53,346 nucleotides of DNA from a virus (Duplodnaviria > Caudoviricetes): positions 1 through 53,346 of the IMG/VR virus record IMGVR_UViG_3300048065_000224, one strand, 5' to 3'. The notes under the pieces were generated by a model, which searched no databases, had not been told where the DNA came from, and saw only the letters and a list, made by a program, of their open reading frames with translations. Below, piece after piece: positions 20,391 through 30,084 of this stretch. Every line of letters begins with the position of its first letter. Positions within the stretch are counted from its first letter, which is position 1. The translations under genes were made by a program, and so were the position numbers.

Positions 20391-22318
20391 TAGTTTGCAC
20401 TTAAGTCCACGACTTCACAGGCATCTGCAGTGCAAGCCAATTCACGAGATCCACTTGTATTGTCTTCCTTTTCATACATAGAGAACTTAGTCCAGTCGAG
20501 TGATGTTGGCACACGCCCATTCCATTCGAGATATTCATCCGCATCTATGTCCTGATAAGGAGCTTGTTGGTAGGTATGATCAGCAAACGGTAAGAACGAT
20601 ACACCTGACGCAATATCAAAGTTATCGTACAACCATGCTCCTACTTCCATCCACTCTTGTTCTTTTACAGAAATAGTAACAGATGGTTTGTGTTCACACC
20701 AATTAAGTGCATAGATCTTCCAAAGTTCTAGTTGTTCTATAGCACTCATCTCAGTTCTAGTGATAGCACCACTAGGAGATTTCATAGGAAAAGAGAAGAC
20801 AGTAACGCTATCAGGCTTAGTAATATCAGCTTCAAACGGTACACCTTCCTCTTTCATAAACTTTGTGAGTGGGTCTTTGTTATCACCACGTACAGTTCGT
20901 ATATAAAATGGATTGTGTCTAGCATGTATACCCGATGCTGAATCAGTAAGCTGAGACACAGTACCACTTGGCTTCACACATGTGATAGCCGTACTTCTAG
21001 GTATGCCTATCTTATCTGCATACTCTCTGTTTGTTTTTATTGCTACTTGTTTCATCTCTTGTAACCAAATCTTTGAATCAGTTGTCTTAGCCAGTACATA
21101 ATGATCCATGATACCAGTTAATGAGACGCCAAGCAAGCGTTCTTCTTCAGTGTTTGTTTTCCATATCCTACGTAGGTACTTCAGATCTGTAAGAGTAGAT
21201 TGAAATGTACCTAAGATTGTAGCAACACGTACCTTAGATTGTAATGAAAGTAGATCATCATTCTCTCGTACAACTACCTCAGATAGATTACAGAATTGAT
21301 AAGGTCGAAGTATGATCTCACTACACGGATTAGTACCCCACATATGACCCGTCTGCCTTCTACCACTCTTAGACACTTGATCGTCAGCAGCCTTACGATT
21401 GAACATGCCACGCTCACCCGATTTAGACTCGTACAGAGCTAACCATTCTCTCATGTAAGTTTCCATATCAGGCTTGCCTTTGTAAGCAACAGAGTTATTT
21501 GCCAATGCTCTTTGACCATTTGCATTCCACCACTCGCCTGATTTAGCGTGAGCCATTTGGCTGTCGTTTAAGTTAGACAAGCTGATCAGAGCAGATCGTC
21601 TGACACCACCCACTACAACAACCTCACCTACCTTGCACATAATATCGTGACACTCAACAGGGTATAGCTTTCTTCCCTTTGCACTTTTGAATTTATCTAT
21701 AGTAAACTTAAATAGGTTGACCAACGGATCAGCACCTGATGCTCTTCCGCCCATAACCTTTAGCCTTGCACCTGCAGGTCGCACCTTCGATACATCCCAA
21801 GATGGTATCATTCCTGAATAGAGCAGTGCAACAAGTTCACGATACGCTTTTGCCCACCCTGCTTTGCTATCATCAACAACAATAACAACATCAGACTCTT
21901 GCATGTTCTCACTTACAACAGGTAGCTTATCAACATTCTCTCTTTCCACAGAGAAACCTACACCTGTACCACACATAAGAATATACATAGCTTCGTCGAA
22001 ACTACGAGGACTATCTACGGGTAGATAACTACAGTTGTAGCCACAGACATTATCTCTTTTCAACGCAGGTCCTGCTGTCATCATAGCTCTCATAGACGGC
22101 ATAACATTCAAGTTAAGTATGTACTCTTGTATTATTTCTTTATCGACTTTATCCATCTTATAGTTGTGCTTTTCTAAAAGAGCTTCTTCCATAAAATTAA
22201 CATATCTTGAGACTGTTTCATCCCAGTTCTCTCTTCTTCCTTCTTCTTCAAGCCAACGAGCATACCTCGATTTATGTATAAACTCTTGATATGAAGTTGG
22301 TAGCATATTAGACGCCAT
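20390..22318 (-). CDS. nrdJ: Class II (B12-dependent) ribonucleotide reductase
   Basis: PSMRAMMTAG, YNCSY, GGVRRSA, TNPCSEI, TCVKPSGTVSQL and C-terminal CTADAC; no beta-subunit gene. GGAG RBS supports start 22318. Confidence 0.92.
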   Translation of the reverse strand: MASNMLPTSYQEFIHKSRYARWLEEEGRRENWDETVSRYVNFMEEALLEKHNYKMDKVDKEIIQEYILNLNVMPSMRAMMTAGPALKRDNVCGYNCSYLPVDSPRSFDEAMYILMCGTGVGFSVERENVDKLPVVSENMQESDVVIVVDDSKAGWAKAYRELVALLYSGMIPSWDVSKVRPAGARLKVMGGRASGADPLVNLFKFTIDKFKSAKGRKLYPVECHDIMCKVGEVVVVGGVRRSALISLSNLNDSQMAHAKSGEWWNANGQRALANNSVAYKGKPDMETYMREWLALYESKSGERGMFNRKAADDQVSKSGRRQTGHMWGTNPCSEIILRPYQFCNLSEVVVRENDDLLSLQSKVRVATILGTFQSTLTDLKYLRRIWKTNTEEERLLGVSLTGIMDHYVLAKTTDSKIWLQEMKQVAIKTNREYADKIGIPRSTAITCVKPSGTVSQLTDSASGIHARHNPFYIRTVRGDNKDPLTKFMKEEGVPFEADITKPDSVTVFSFPMKSPSGAITRTEMSAIEQLELWKIYALNWCEHKPSVTISVKEQEWMEVGAWLYDNFDIASGVSFLPFADHTYQQAPYQDIDADEYLEWNGRVPTSLDWTKFSMYEKEDNTSGSRELACTADACEVVDLSAN

Positions 22319-22577
22319 TATACTCTTCTCCTGTAACTGTTTCAATTAAACGGTTTAAATACCATCTCGCCTTTTCTAAATCTTCTGTGCCATTTTTATA
22401 CTTATATCTACATATGTATTTTAAAATGTTACCTTGAAGATAACTTTCAAATCCATCTCCCGTGACAGATTCAATTATGTCTATAGTTTCGATGCCTGCT
22501 TTGTTGTAGTGGGCAGGATTGTTTACCATATCCTCTTTTTCTAATCTTTTTAACATATAATCATAATACCTTATCAA
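22308..22577 (-). CDS. DUF3310 / T7 gp1.7-like nucleotide kinase family protein
   Basis: DMVNNPAHY...IETID...GNILKY..RY..KNG.EDLEKARWYL. Confidence 0.85.
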   Translation of the reverse strand: MIRYYDYMLKRLEKEDMVNNPAHYNKAGIETIDIIESVTGDGFESYLQGNILKYICRYKYKNGTEDLEKARWYLNRLIETVTGEEYNGV

Positions 22578-22921
22578 TGCTTACTACCAAAATCAACTTT
22601 AATTATGTTATCTTTGTATTCTATCTTTTCACCTGTTTCATCAAGTATCTCACCAAACATTCGCCTAGTTGAATAATTGAAAGCAACTTCAGACATACCA
22701 AAATTAAATAACTCTTCAGGCTTACCTGTTATCAAACCAACAAGTCCTTCATGTATAACAGATGCTACAGAATGGTCAAGCTCACTTTCATATTTTTTTC
22801 CAGTTGTATCGTAGGCGTTCATTTTAAATTTATCATCGCCTACATCCTCAAGTATGATATAGTAGTAATTCTTTTGCAGATTCATCTGCTCCATAAATTT
22901 TTTTATTTCTTTATCTTTCAT
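22574..22921 (-). CDS. Hypothetical protein
   Basis: Coupled ORF ending NIIKVDF. Confidence 0.7.
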   Translation of the reverse strand: MKDKEIKKFMEQMNLQKNYYYIILEDVGDDKFKMNAYDTTGKKYESELDHSVASVIHEGLVGLITGKPEELFNFGMSEVAFNYSTRRMFGEILDETGEKIEYKDNIIKVDFGSKH

Positions 22922-23286
22922 TTTTTAAACCACTCCGCAGGTATTGTTTTTTCTGCCCAACGAAAATCGTGCTTGTTGCACCAATCAGCGTAGGTTGTTT
23001 TACTACCTTTGTAAATCTTATTTCGTGCATTCATAAAAACAAATCTTATATCAAGATCTTTATGTTGTTGCTTTACTAGTGCCATCTTTACTCTATCTGC
23101 TTTATCAAGATGACCTTTTGCTTCTACATAGATACCACTCTCGACTATATAGAAATCAGGTGTGTACGTTCGGGGTTTAGGTATGTAGATAAACTTCTTT
23201 GACTCGTACTCAAACTTGACTTTGTTTGCGGCCAAGTTTTTTGCAAGGTGCAATTCAAACTGTGATCTGTACTTGGATCTTCTCAT
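22918..23286 (-). CDS. T7 gp3-like endonuclease I (Holliday junction resolvase)
   Basis: YRSQFE...FEYE...YTPDF...VEAKG...DIRFVF...YADWC; GAGG RBS before ATG 23286. Confidence 0.88.
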   Translation of the reverse strand: MRRSKYRSQFELHLAKNLAANKVKFEYESKKFIYIPKPRTYTPDFYIVESGIYVEAKGHLDKADRVKMALVKQQHKDLDIRFVFMNARNKIYKGSKTTYADWCNKHDFRWAEKTIPAEWFKK

Positions 23287-23669
23287 ATGTTCATCCTCAA
23301 TCCTAATGACTGTATTCGTTTGTTTATGTACCCTGCCAGTTTGGGGGATTGTTTTTCTATGGTAATAAGTTCGTTTGTTAACTGGTATATCGGAAGGCAT
23401 ATTACTTTGTCCTGATTAGTTACATAGTGTATAGCTTGGAATTGGTTTTCTACTTTGAGTATGTCTCGCTTTTCAGTTGCAGAGGTAAGAGAGCCATTGT
23501 TTGAAAAGTTTTCACGAAGAGTCAGGGGAATACCTCTTTCATGTTGACGTAAAAAAACAATGTCTCTCCCACCCCCAGTCTCCGTATGGGAGTCTATATA
23601 AACGTGGTACAAGTCCTCGTTTAATTCCATAAGATTTCTTTGATATTCACGGACATATATAACTGACAT
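23283..23669 (-). CDS. Hypothetical protein
   Basis: Coupled ORF; ATG 23669 overlaps the upstream stop. Confidence 0.65.
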   Translation of the reverse strand: MSVIYVREYQRNLMELNEDLYHVYIDSHTETGGGRDIVFLRQHERGIPLTLRENFSNNGSLTSATEKRDILKVENQFQAIHYVTNQDKVICLPIYQLTNELITIEKQSPKLAGYINKRIQSLGLRMNI

Positions 23670-24559
23670 CACAATGCTTTCTTTTTTAACTTGGAGTACC
23701 ACGCTTGAGGTGGCTGTTTAGCTTTCGATGTTATCCTATCATGCAACACGGCATCTTTCCAACAGTGTGCTTTGAACCCGCACATTGTACAAGGCTTGGG
23801 CAACAGTTTGTTTCCCGTTCTGATCTCTTGTCCATCCTTCTTGTATGTTTCAAATATATCCTTAAACGGTACTTTAAATTCAAGGGAATCATCTGTAAGT
23901 AACTTAATTCTTTTCTCAGCGTCTTTCAGATATTCTTTTCGATCGTCATTCTGCCAATCAGGTGCTTCAACGACAGCTACCTCACCACTTGATTTGTTTA
24001 CAACAATCCACCCACCAAACGGCAACCCCGTTGCTTCTCCGTATAGATGACCTTGCATTATGTAGCCAAACGGATCGTCTTCTTTTATCTTCTCGTATCC
24101 ACCGAAACCTGTGTATTTAAATTTAAATGCCCACTCACTTGCAGACTTTATATCCCAAACCTTTTCTTGTCCTAGTTCATCACGTATTATTAAATCTAAT
24201 GTGCCAGTTATTTTTGTGTCGCCTATATTAACACTGACCTGCTTTTGTTTCTCTACAATATCTACGCCTGCCTGCTCAAGAACAAGTACAGCTATGGACT
24301 CCACAAGATCTCCAAACAGAAATCTAAATAGCATGTTGTATTGTACTTCTTGCTCTACACCCTTTTTCTCAAGAAGTTGTTGGCAGATAGGTCTACCAAG
24401 ACCCGACATTCGGATCTTGTACTCTCGTTGTTTATTTAGCTGAGTATCGACAGAGTCTCTGCACGAATTAGCAAAGTCTGTAATGTCTTCGGGGAGAATA
24501 GACACTTCTCCCCTACTAGCACGTTCCATATAGTCTTGGATTTTAAACAGCAACAGCAT
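23669..24559 (-). CDS. Cas4/RecB-like PD-(D/E)xK exonuclease
   Basis: RMSGLGRPIC...GTLDL...DIKSAS...Q..LY and C-terminal CxxC...C cluster. Confidence 0.8.
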   Translation of the reverse strand: MLLLFKIQDYMERASRGEVSILPEDITDFANSCRDSVDTQLNKQREYKIRMSGLGRPICQQLLEKKGVEQEVQYNMLFRFLFGDLVESIAVLVLEQAGVDIVEKQKQVSVNIGDTKITGTLDLIIRDELGQEKVWDIKSASEWAFKFKYTGFGGYEKIKEDDPFGYIMQGHLYGEATGLPFGGWIVVNKSSGEVAVVEAPDWQNDDRKEYLKDAEKRIKLLTDDSLEFKVPFKDIFETYKKDGQEIRTGNKLLPKPCTMCGFKAHCWKDAVLHDRITSKAKQPPQAWYSKLKKKAL

Positions 24560-25397
24560 TGAAATCGTCTGCTAAACTGTCATCGTTAGTGTCAGGAACT
24601 AACTTGACAGACTCTCTGCTCTGTTCAAGCACGTTTTGATTGTGTGCTTTCACAGTATCTGCAAACTTTTTCATCAAAGCCTTATCTTCTTCAGATATTG
24701 TTGTTTCACTATGTAAGGTAGGTACGGGTATCCAATACTGTACTGAACCTTTCTTTTGCTTAGAAGTTGACATAGATATGTTGCACTTCTGCATAATCTT
24801 TTTTTGCTTGGTTAGGCTATCAATAAAATTTCTGATAGGTACAAACCCTGACTTCTTGAAGTAAGCAACGACTGGATGATTTTCTACTTTGACAGCATCC
24901 CCATTACCTTTCTTGAAATCACCTGATATTACAGAATACAAAACTTGGTTGCAAACTGCAGAACGTGATCTTAACTTCATCGGATCATCGTCTTTAAGTT
25001 TTTCTTCATCTGCCATAGATAAGCGACCACATTTGTTGCCACCCTCTGTATCAGGAAATTCACCTGATAACGAAGGCTTCTGTACAGATTTGCACGAAAA
25101 GCTATTCTGATCAGGATCAAACACACTCCACTCAAATGTTCTTAAGATTGGTCTAATGATAACGGTTTTGGCATATACCATCTCACCTTCGTACATCATC
25201 TTCCAATCGCCACGAGTGAGCGTTTGACCATCTTCTGTCTCAACATCGTAGTTAATGTTTATTCTTGATAAACCTTGCGATACTTTAGGTGCTTTTCCTT
25301 GTCCAGAAAGTTGCATAAAAGCATCTGTGTCGTCACTGTCGAAAGAGCTAACAATGTTATCCATTTCATCAGTCATAGTTTGTAAGTTATTTTCCAT
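24543..25397 (-). CDS. Putative single-stranded DNA-binding protein
   Basis: Lies between polymerase and exonuclease; acidic C-terminus (DDSLADDF). Confidence 0.55.
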   Translation of the reverse strand: MENNLQTMTDEMDNIVSSFDSDDTDAFMQLSGQGKAPKVSQGLSRININYDVETEDGQTLTRGDWKMMYEGEMVYAKTVIIRPILRTFEWSVFDPDQNSFSCKSVQKPSLSGEFPDTEGGNKCGRLSMADEEKLKDDDPMKLRSRSAVCNQVLYSVISGDFKKGNGDAVKVENHPVVAYFKKSGFVPIRNFIDSLTKQKKIMQKCNISMSTSKQKKGSVQYWIPVPTLHSETTISEEDKALMKKFADTVKAHNQNVLEQSRESVKLVPDTNDDSLADDFNAVAV

Positions 25398-25442
25398 AAA
25401 ATTTTCCTTTTTCTGTTTATTTAAGGTTAACGTAATTGGAGG

Positions 25443-26972
25443 TTACAAATTAACTTCAGACAAGTCAAGCCAATTTTTACCTATTTTTAATTCTATGCCG
25501 ACTGGCATATCGTATTTGACGCCATACCTACGTTTTGTCTCACTTGGCAAACACAACATTGCCTTTGATAAAACGTCAATACACTGCTGTTCTTCACTTG
25601 GATGAACGTCAAGAACAATTGAGTCATGTACTGTGTTGCAAATCACAGACTTCATATTCAGTTTTCTCATCTCTTTATCGAGCATAACAAGGGCAATAGG
25701 CAATAGATCAGCCGTAGCAAACCCCTGAACAGGGTAATTACATATAGCAGTACGATTAGTAGCTGAACCCCACTCTGTCCATCTAGCGTCAGGAAAAGAG
25801 TATTCACGCCCTGATGGTAGTTTTATGACCTTTGTTGATACAGCCTGCTTCTCTAGCTCTTTGTGCCACTCAGTTACCTGTTCGTACTTCTCTTTGAACT
25901 TCTGATAGTACTGCTGTTGACTACGAGTACCACTCACACCACCATACAAAGGCTTGAATGTGTGTGCCTTTGCATCCTGTCTAGAGCAGCCTATGATAGA
26001 TGCCGTATAACTATGCACATCTGTACCTTTTATAACATCTGCATAGACATTACTATCTTTGGCAAGAAAGCCTGCCACTCGGAACTCCAACTGTGAATAA
26101 TCGCCCTCAAGTATCTTGCCACCCTGAAATCTACTTTCCACAACCTTACGTATGGCAAACGTTGAACCACGTGGCATGTTTTGAAAGTTGGGATTGCGAC
26201 TGGATAGCCTGCCCGTTGCCGTCACACATTGCATGAACTCAGGATGTATGAAATCGTTTTCATCAACGTTGTTTTTCATTCCCTCGACAAATGTCGATAA
26301 GTAAGTACGAAGAGCATTGTATCGTACATACGCTTCACAAAACTCACGTGCATCACCATCTAGTTCAGATAGCCTATCTTCAAGAGTAACCTTGTCTGTC
26401 TTGAAACCTGCTGATGCAGTATCTTTGGGAGTACGTGGTATGAGCTTGAAGCCTGCCACCTCTCCAGTAGATGTGTAGACTACGCCTTTACCTATGCAAG
26501 TTTTGCATATCCGTTTCGCTTTGCCTACACTTCCATCTTTTCTCAAAGGTGTTATCCTACCTGACCCCCGACAAGTTTCACATTGTCTGCCTATTGTCTT
26601 GTACACAATGTCAGTCATTCGTCTCACACATTGCACAAAGTCTTTGTTCTTCATGCGTGTTCTCATCTTAGGCTTGATTGTGTTGCCACGCATCTCGTGA
26701 CCTAGATTGAATGTGATTGACCAAAGTGATTTGTCTTTTACTTTTCTTGAGTAAAGCAACACACTTTTGTCGTCAGGACTGGCAAGGTTGATAGGTGTAT
26801 CGCCCATTGCATTCTTGGCTAGTCTGTTTAGCTTGTTTTCCAACACGGTCATCTCATCCATGTATTCTTTTTCTATCTCATCAAGAGTTGTCTTGTTAAT
26901 CTTTAGTCCGTTTGATTCTATCCTAGATAGGACATTCGTCATTTCAAATGACAGCTTCAGAGTCTGTTTCAT
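25443..26972 (-). CDS. polA: Family A DNA polymerase, polymerase domain with DnaJ-like zinc-finger insert
   Basis: TATGRLSS, motif A DYSQLEFR, motif B RQDAKAHTFKPLYG, motif C VHDS; two CxxCxGxG motifs at 26484-26582; GAGGA RBS before ATG 26972. Confidence 0.92.
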   Translation of the reverse strand: MKQTLKLSFEMTNVLSRIESNGLKINKTTLDEIEKEYMDEMTVLENKLNRLAKNAMGDTPINLASPDDKSVLLYSRKVKDKSLWSITFNLGHEMRGNTIKPKMRTRMKNKDFVQCVRRMTDIVYKTIGRQCETCRGSGRITPLRKDGSVGKAKRICKTCIGKGVVYTSTGEVAGFKLIPRTPKDTASAGFKTDKVTLEDRLSELDGDAREFCEAYVRYNALRTYLSTFVEGMKNNVDENDFIHPEFMQCVTATGRLSSRNPNFQNMPRGSTFAIRKVVESRFQGGKILEGDYSQLEFRVAGFLAKDSNVYADVIKGTDVHSYTASIIGCSRQDAKAHTFKPLYGGVSGTRSQQQYYQKFKEKYEQVTEWHKELEKQAVSTKVIKLPSGREYSFPDARWTEWGSATNRTAICNYPVQGFATADLLPIALVMLDKEMRKLNMKSVICNTVHDSIVLDVHPSEEQQCIDVLSKAMLCLPSETKRRYGVKYDMPVGIELKIGKNWLDLSEVNL

Positions 26973-27513
26973 ATATTTCCTCAAATGTTAAGCCAAAGGC
27001 TTCTAGTTGTTTTACTGCAACCTCTTCGGTTGCGACTACATCGGCAATGCCGTATTCTTCGACTATCTCTGCAGGTATTTCGTAGAAGGTTTTGCCTTCC
27101 TTAATATACGGTGCAACCAAGTCCTTTTCTTTTTGGGTAACGTTATAACGTTTTGCGAGAGCATCAAGTGCCAAAGACCAACGTCTTCCCTTTGACCTAA
27201 TATATTCTGCAACCATCGTATCATACAAAACTCCATCATATTTAAATCCACATGAACGCAACCACATTATGTCAAACTTTATATTTTGTCCAACAAGAAT
27301 GTCAGCCTTGTCCAAGTCACTTTGTAGATGCTCCTTTGTTCCATCGACGTAAGTTTTTTCTTTGTGATAGAAAAATTCATATTTAACATCTTGGTTTAAC
27401 AACCACTTCCAACCCACTGATACTAAACGATTATTAAAGTAGGGCAACGCTGTAGTACCCCCACCTTGTTTATCTCGATGTGTTGTTTCTACGTCTAAAG
27501 TTAACACGTTCAT
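26944..27513 (-). CDS. 3'-5' proofreading exonuclease domain of PolA, encoded as a separate ORF
   Basis: ExoI LDVET, ExoII GQNIKFD, YDTM, ExoIII YGIADV; start ATG 27513 coupled to the helicase stop. Confidence 0.88.
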   Translation of the reverse strand: MNVLTLDVETTHRDKQGGGTTALPYFNNRLVSVGWKWLLNQDVKYEFFYHKEKTYVDGTKEHLQSDLDKADILVGQNIKFDIMWLRSCGFKYDGVLYDTMVAEYIRSKGRRWSLALDALAKRYNVTQKEKDLVAPYIKEGKTFYEIPAEIVEEYGIADVVATEEVAVKQLEAFGLTFEEIYETDSEAVI

Positions 27514-28739
27514 TAATAATATACCCCCCTTGTGATATCTATTTGGGCATTGATCATACCATGCCATCCGTTGATTTTATTTTTGGATATACAGATGTGT
27601 CTGACTATGTTGTCAATCTCACTTGAACCAGTCTTGCCTATGCCTATGATGATGTCAGCTTCTCCTGCCTTTCCTGTCTTGGAATTGTCAAGCATGGCAT
27701 AGTCAATAAATTGACGGTCATGGGCATCGTAACTTGCTTGGCTTACTGCCCACACAAGACACACATTTCGCTTGGCTATCTCCCTTGCAGATACATAAGT
27801 TTCTTTTAGTCGCTCATCTCCACGATTGTACTCGCCTTTTATTCTGAACTTGTCTAACTGGTCACAGAACATCACGTCAGGCTTGTTTAACTTGGCGTAT
27901 TCATCAACCTCTTCGATTGATGTACCTACTGAATCCATGATTGTTAGGTAAGGTTCTATTTCTTTGACGTATCTATCTAGCAACTCAAACCTTTTATCGA
28001 CCATCTCTTCTTTTGTCAGTTCAAAGTACGACTGAATTATTCTTAACTTGATACGTTTGGCAGGCTCTTCATTTGCCCAGTACACAACCTGAAAACCTTG
28101 TCGTATGTACGATGCAGCCAAAAAGCAACAGAACGTTGTTTTGCCCACTTCAGGTCTTGCAAACAAGATACCTAAGTTACCTCGATCTAAACCTTTTATT
28201 CTTTCGTTTATCAGATTGAATGCGAATGGAAAGTCATTGTCTCCCGCTTCTTCTGACAACAGTTCATTCAAGTCTTTGTCAACGATAGTATAAGTTGTCT
28301 TGTCACCTATTCTTCCGTCGTCTACACTTTCGATAAGTTTCTTGAGTTCTCCAAACTCGTCACTATCTCCAGTAAATATGTCAAGTGCCTTTTCTCCAAT
28401 CTGTCTAGCTTTGTCACGTAACCACAGATTGTTTACAATGTCAGTATGTAGTTCGTCACTTTCTTTTGGTGCAATGAGTTGTGCTATCATATCTTGCACA
28501 CGATTCCTAGATGAATCAGGCATGGCAGGATTACGATCGTTGAATATTGTGGATAACTCTGCTACAGATAGACTACGCTCATACTTTGTGTGTGAGTACA
28601 CTATCGTATCGAATATGTCTTTGAGTTCATTGTCGAACATAGTCCGATCAATTTTATTTTTTACTTTGTTGAAAAAATCGATGTTAAGACAAAAGCCTAA
28701 CACTTGTCTGTCAATCGATATAACGCCTGATGAAGTCAT
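27513..28739 (-). CDS. SF4 (DnaB/T7 gp4-like) replicative helicase
   Basis: Walker A ARPEVGKT, Walker B FCDQLD, VSQA, EADIIIGIG, KNK. Confidence 0.9.
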   Translation of the reverse strand: MTSSGVISIDRQVLGFCLNIDFFNKVKNKIDRTMFDNELKDIFDTIVYSHTKYERSLSVAELSTIFNDRNPAMPDSSRNRVQDMIAQLIAPKESDELHTDIVNNLWLRDKARQIGEKALDIFTGDSDEFGELKKLIESVDDGRIGDKTTYTIVDKDLNELLSEEAGDNDFPFAFNLINERIKGLDRGNLGILFARPEVGKTTFCCFLAASYIRQGFQVVYWANEEPAKRIKLRIIQSYFELTKEEMVDKRFELLDRYVKEIEPYLTIMDSVGTSIEEVDEYAKLNKPDVMFCDQLDKFRIKGEYNRGDERLKETYVSAREIAKRNVCLVWAVSQASYDAHDRQFIDYAMLDNSKTGKAGEADIIIGIGKTGSSEIDNIVRHICISKNKINGWHGMINAQIDITRGVYY

Positions 28740-29502
28740 TTCTTTCCCCTATTTCCATATCTTTTAAATCTTTGTTCAAAACAATTAACTTAGTTGGAAC
28801 GTAGTTCCTTAATTTCCTTACCATCATGTATGCCTTAGAAGTTGCATCTTTGTCAAGTGCAACGTATGCCTTTCTGAATTTTTTTATTACATCAATGTGG
28901 TCATCAAGTAATGTCGTTCCCATCAATGCTAGTCCAGTAGCTACATTGGAAACTGAACAGGCTGAAGGGCAATCTTCCACAACCAAACAGTTGTCACTAT
29001 TACCACACACAAAAGGATATTTACTTGTGCCATATCTTCTCCACTTAGGTTTGCGACCATCAAGGCTTCGACCAGTTCCATCTACCACTTTGTTGTCATG
29101 CTTTACTAGATAGACAACCCTATCTTGTTGCAAGTCATATCTTATGTCAGCCATTCCATCTAGGTAGGCGTTATACGATCCTACTCTTTTTACATAGGCT
29201 TCTGCTTCTTTGCTACGAGATAGTGATACAAATGTGTCAGGAACAACAAAGTCAGCATTGATTGTCTGTTTTGTCACTCGTTCTTTAAATGCAACCTTTG
29301 AGTTTTCTTTTGTAAGTTGCACGCCAGTAGAACCTTTGGTGTGGCAATCTGCATGAAAGCAGTACCACAATCTTTCAAATCCAGTATCCGTTACGCTAAA
29401 GGTATTCTGTCTAGCACATAGAGGGCAATCACCCCTATACCGCCCGTAAGATACAACATGTAAGTTTCCCACATAATTCTTTATCCATTCAGGATTTGTC
29501 AT
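28711..29502 (-). CDS. DNA primase (Zn finger + TOPRIM)
   Basis: CPLC...CFHADC zinc finger; VVED and ALDKDA TOPRIM motifs; GAAAGGAAA RBS before ATG 29502. Confidence 0.88.
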   Translation of the reverse strand: MTNPEWIKNYVGNLHVVSYGRYRGDCPLCARQNTFSVTDTGFERLWYCFHADCHTKGSTGVQLTKENSKVAFKERVTKQTINADFVVPDTFVSLSRSKEAEAYVKRVGSYNAYLDGMADIRYDLQQDRVVYLVKHDNKVVDGTGRSLDGRKPKWRRYGTSKYPFVCGNSDNCLVVEDCPSACSVSNVATGLALMGTTLLDDHIDVIKKFRKAYVALDKDATSKAYMMVRKLRNYVPTKLIVLNKDLKDMEIGERNDFIRRYID

Positions 29503-29524
29503 CACGGTTTCCTTTCGACTAAAA

Positions 29525-29595
29525 CCGTTACTACGCAACAAAAATATTGTCAACATAAAAAATAATTTGACATGATTTTAAATCCGTGATATTTG
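29525..29595. promoter_or_regulatory. Divergent sigma70-type promoters between replication and early modules
   Basis: Back-to-back TTGACA boxes: - strand 29548-53 (17 nt to TAACGG) and + strand 29567-72 (17 nt to TATTTG). Both -10 boxes are weak. Confidence 0.55.
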
Positions 29596-29624
29596 TGTGT
29601 CAACCCGTTGGGAGATATATACCT

Positions 29625-29837
29625 ATGACTAGACCAAATAAGATATTCCAAGATACAACATCGTACAATCTTACGATAGAAAAAAAAGATTACGAAGAGC
29701 TTAAAAAGTTCTCGACAAAAGAATCAAATACATATAACATGCAAGTTAGTATTGCAGATTTGATTCGTACTTCTGTTAAACTTTACTTAGAGGATTTACG
29801 TATTGAGTATGGAAAAGAAAAAACAAACCAAGACTGA
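29625..29837 (+). CDS. Ribbon-helix-helix (CopG/Arc-like) transcription regulator
   Basis: SYNLTI strand, KKDYEELKK helix, SIADLIRTSVKLYL helix; first gene after the divergent promoters. Confidence 0.6.
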   Translation: MTRPNKIFQDTTSYNLTIEKKDYEELKKFSTKESNTYNMQVSIADLIRTSVKLYLEDLRIEYGKEKTNQD

Positions 29838-30084
29838 TATAACACAACGTAGAGACGGTATGTGGATTGTCGATGCGAAGTTGTCAGCAGTAAGAATAGG
29901 CGTACAAGATAAAGAATTTGTCAAGCGTGGACACAACATAGATTACAGAGTTTGGGTAACATGTTTTGTCGCTAAGACACAAAAGGCTTGTATTGATTGG
30001 CTAAGAGACAATATGGCTATGCTAGATAAGCGAAGCCAGAAGTACTCCGTTAATGTCAATCAGTATAAGGAAAGCATCGGCTAA
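29809..30084 (+). CDS. Hypothetical protein
   Basis: GAGGA RBS; followed by hairpin and terminator. Confidence 0.7.
   Translation: MEKKKQTKTDITQRRDGMWIVDAKLSAVRIGVQDKEFVKRGHNIDYRVWVTCFVAKTQKACIDWLRDNMAMLDKRSQKYSVNVNQYKESIG

Noticed and set aside
23669-24559. CRISPR-associated Cas4
   Set aside because: Stand-alone Cas4-like exonucleases are routine in phage replication modules, and there is no array.
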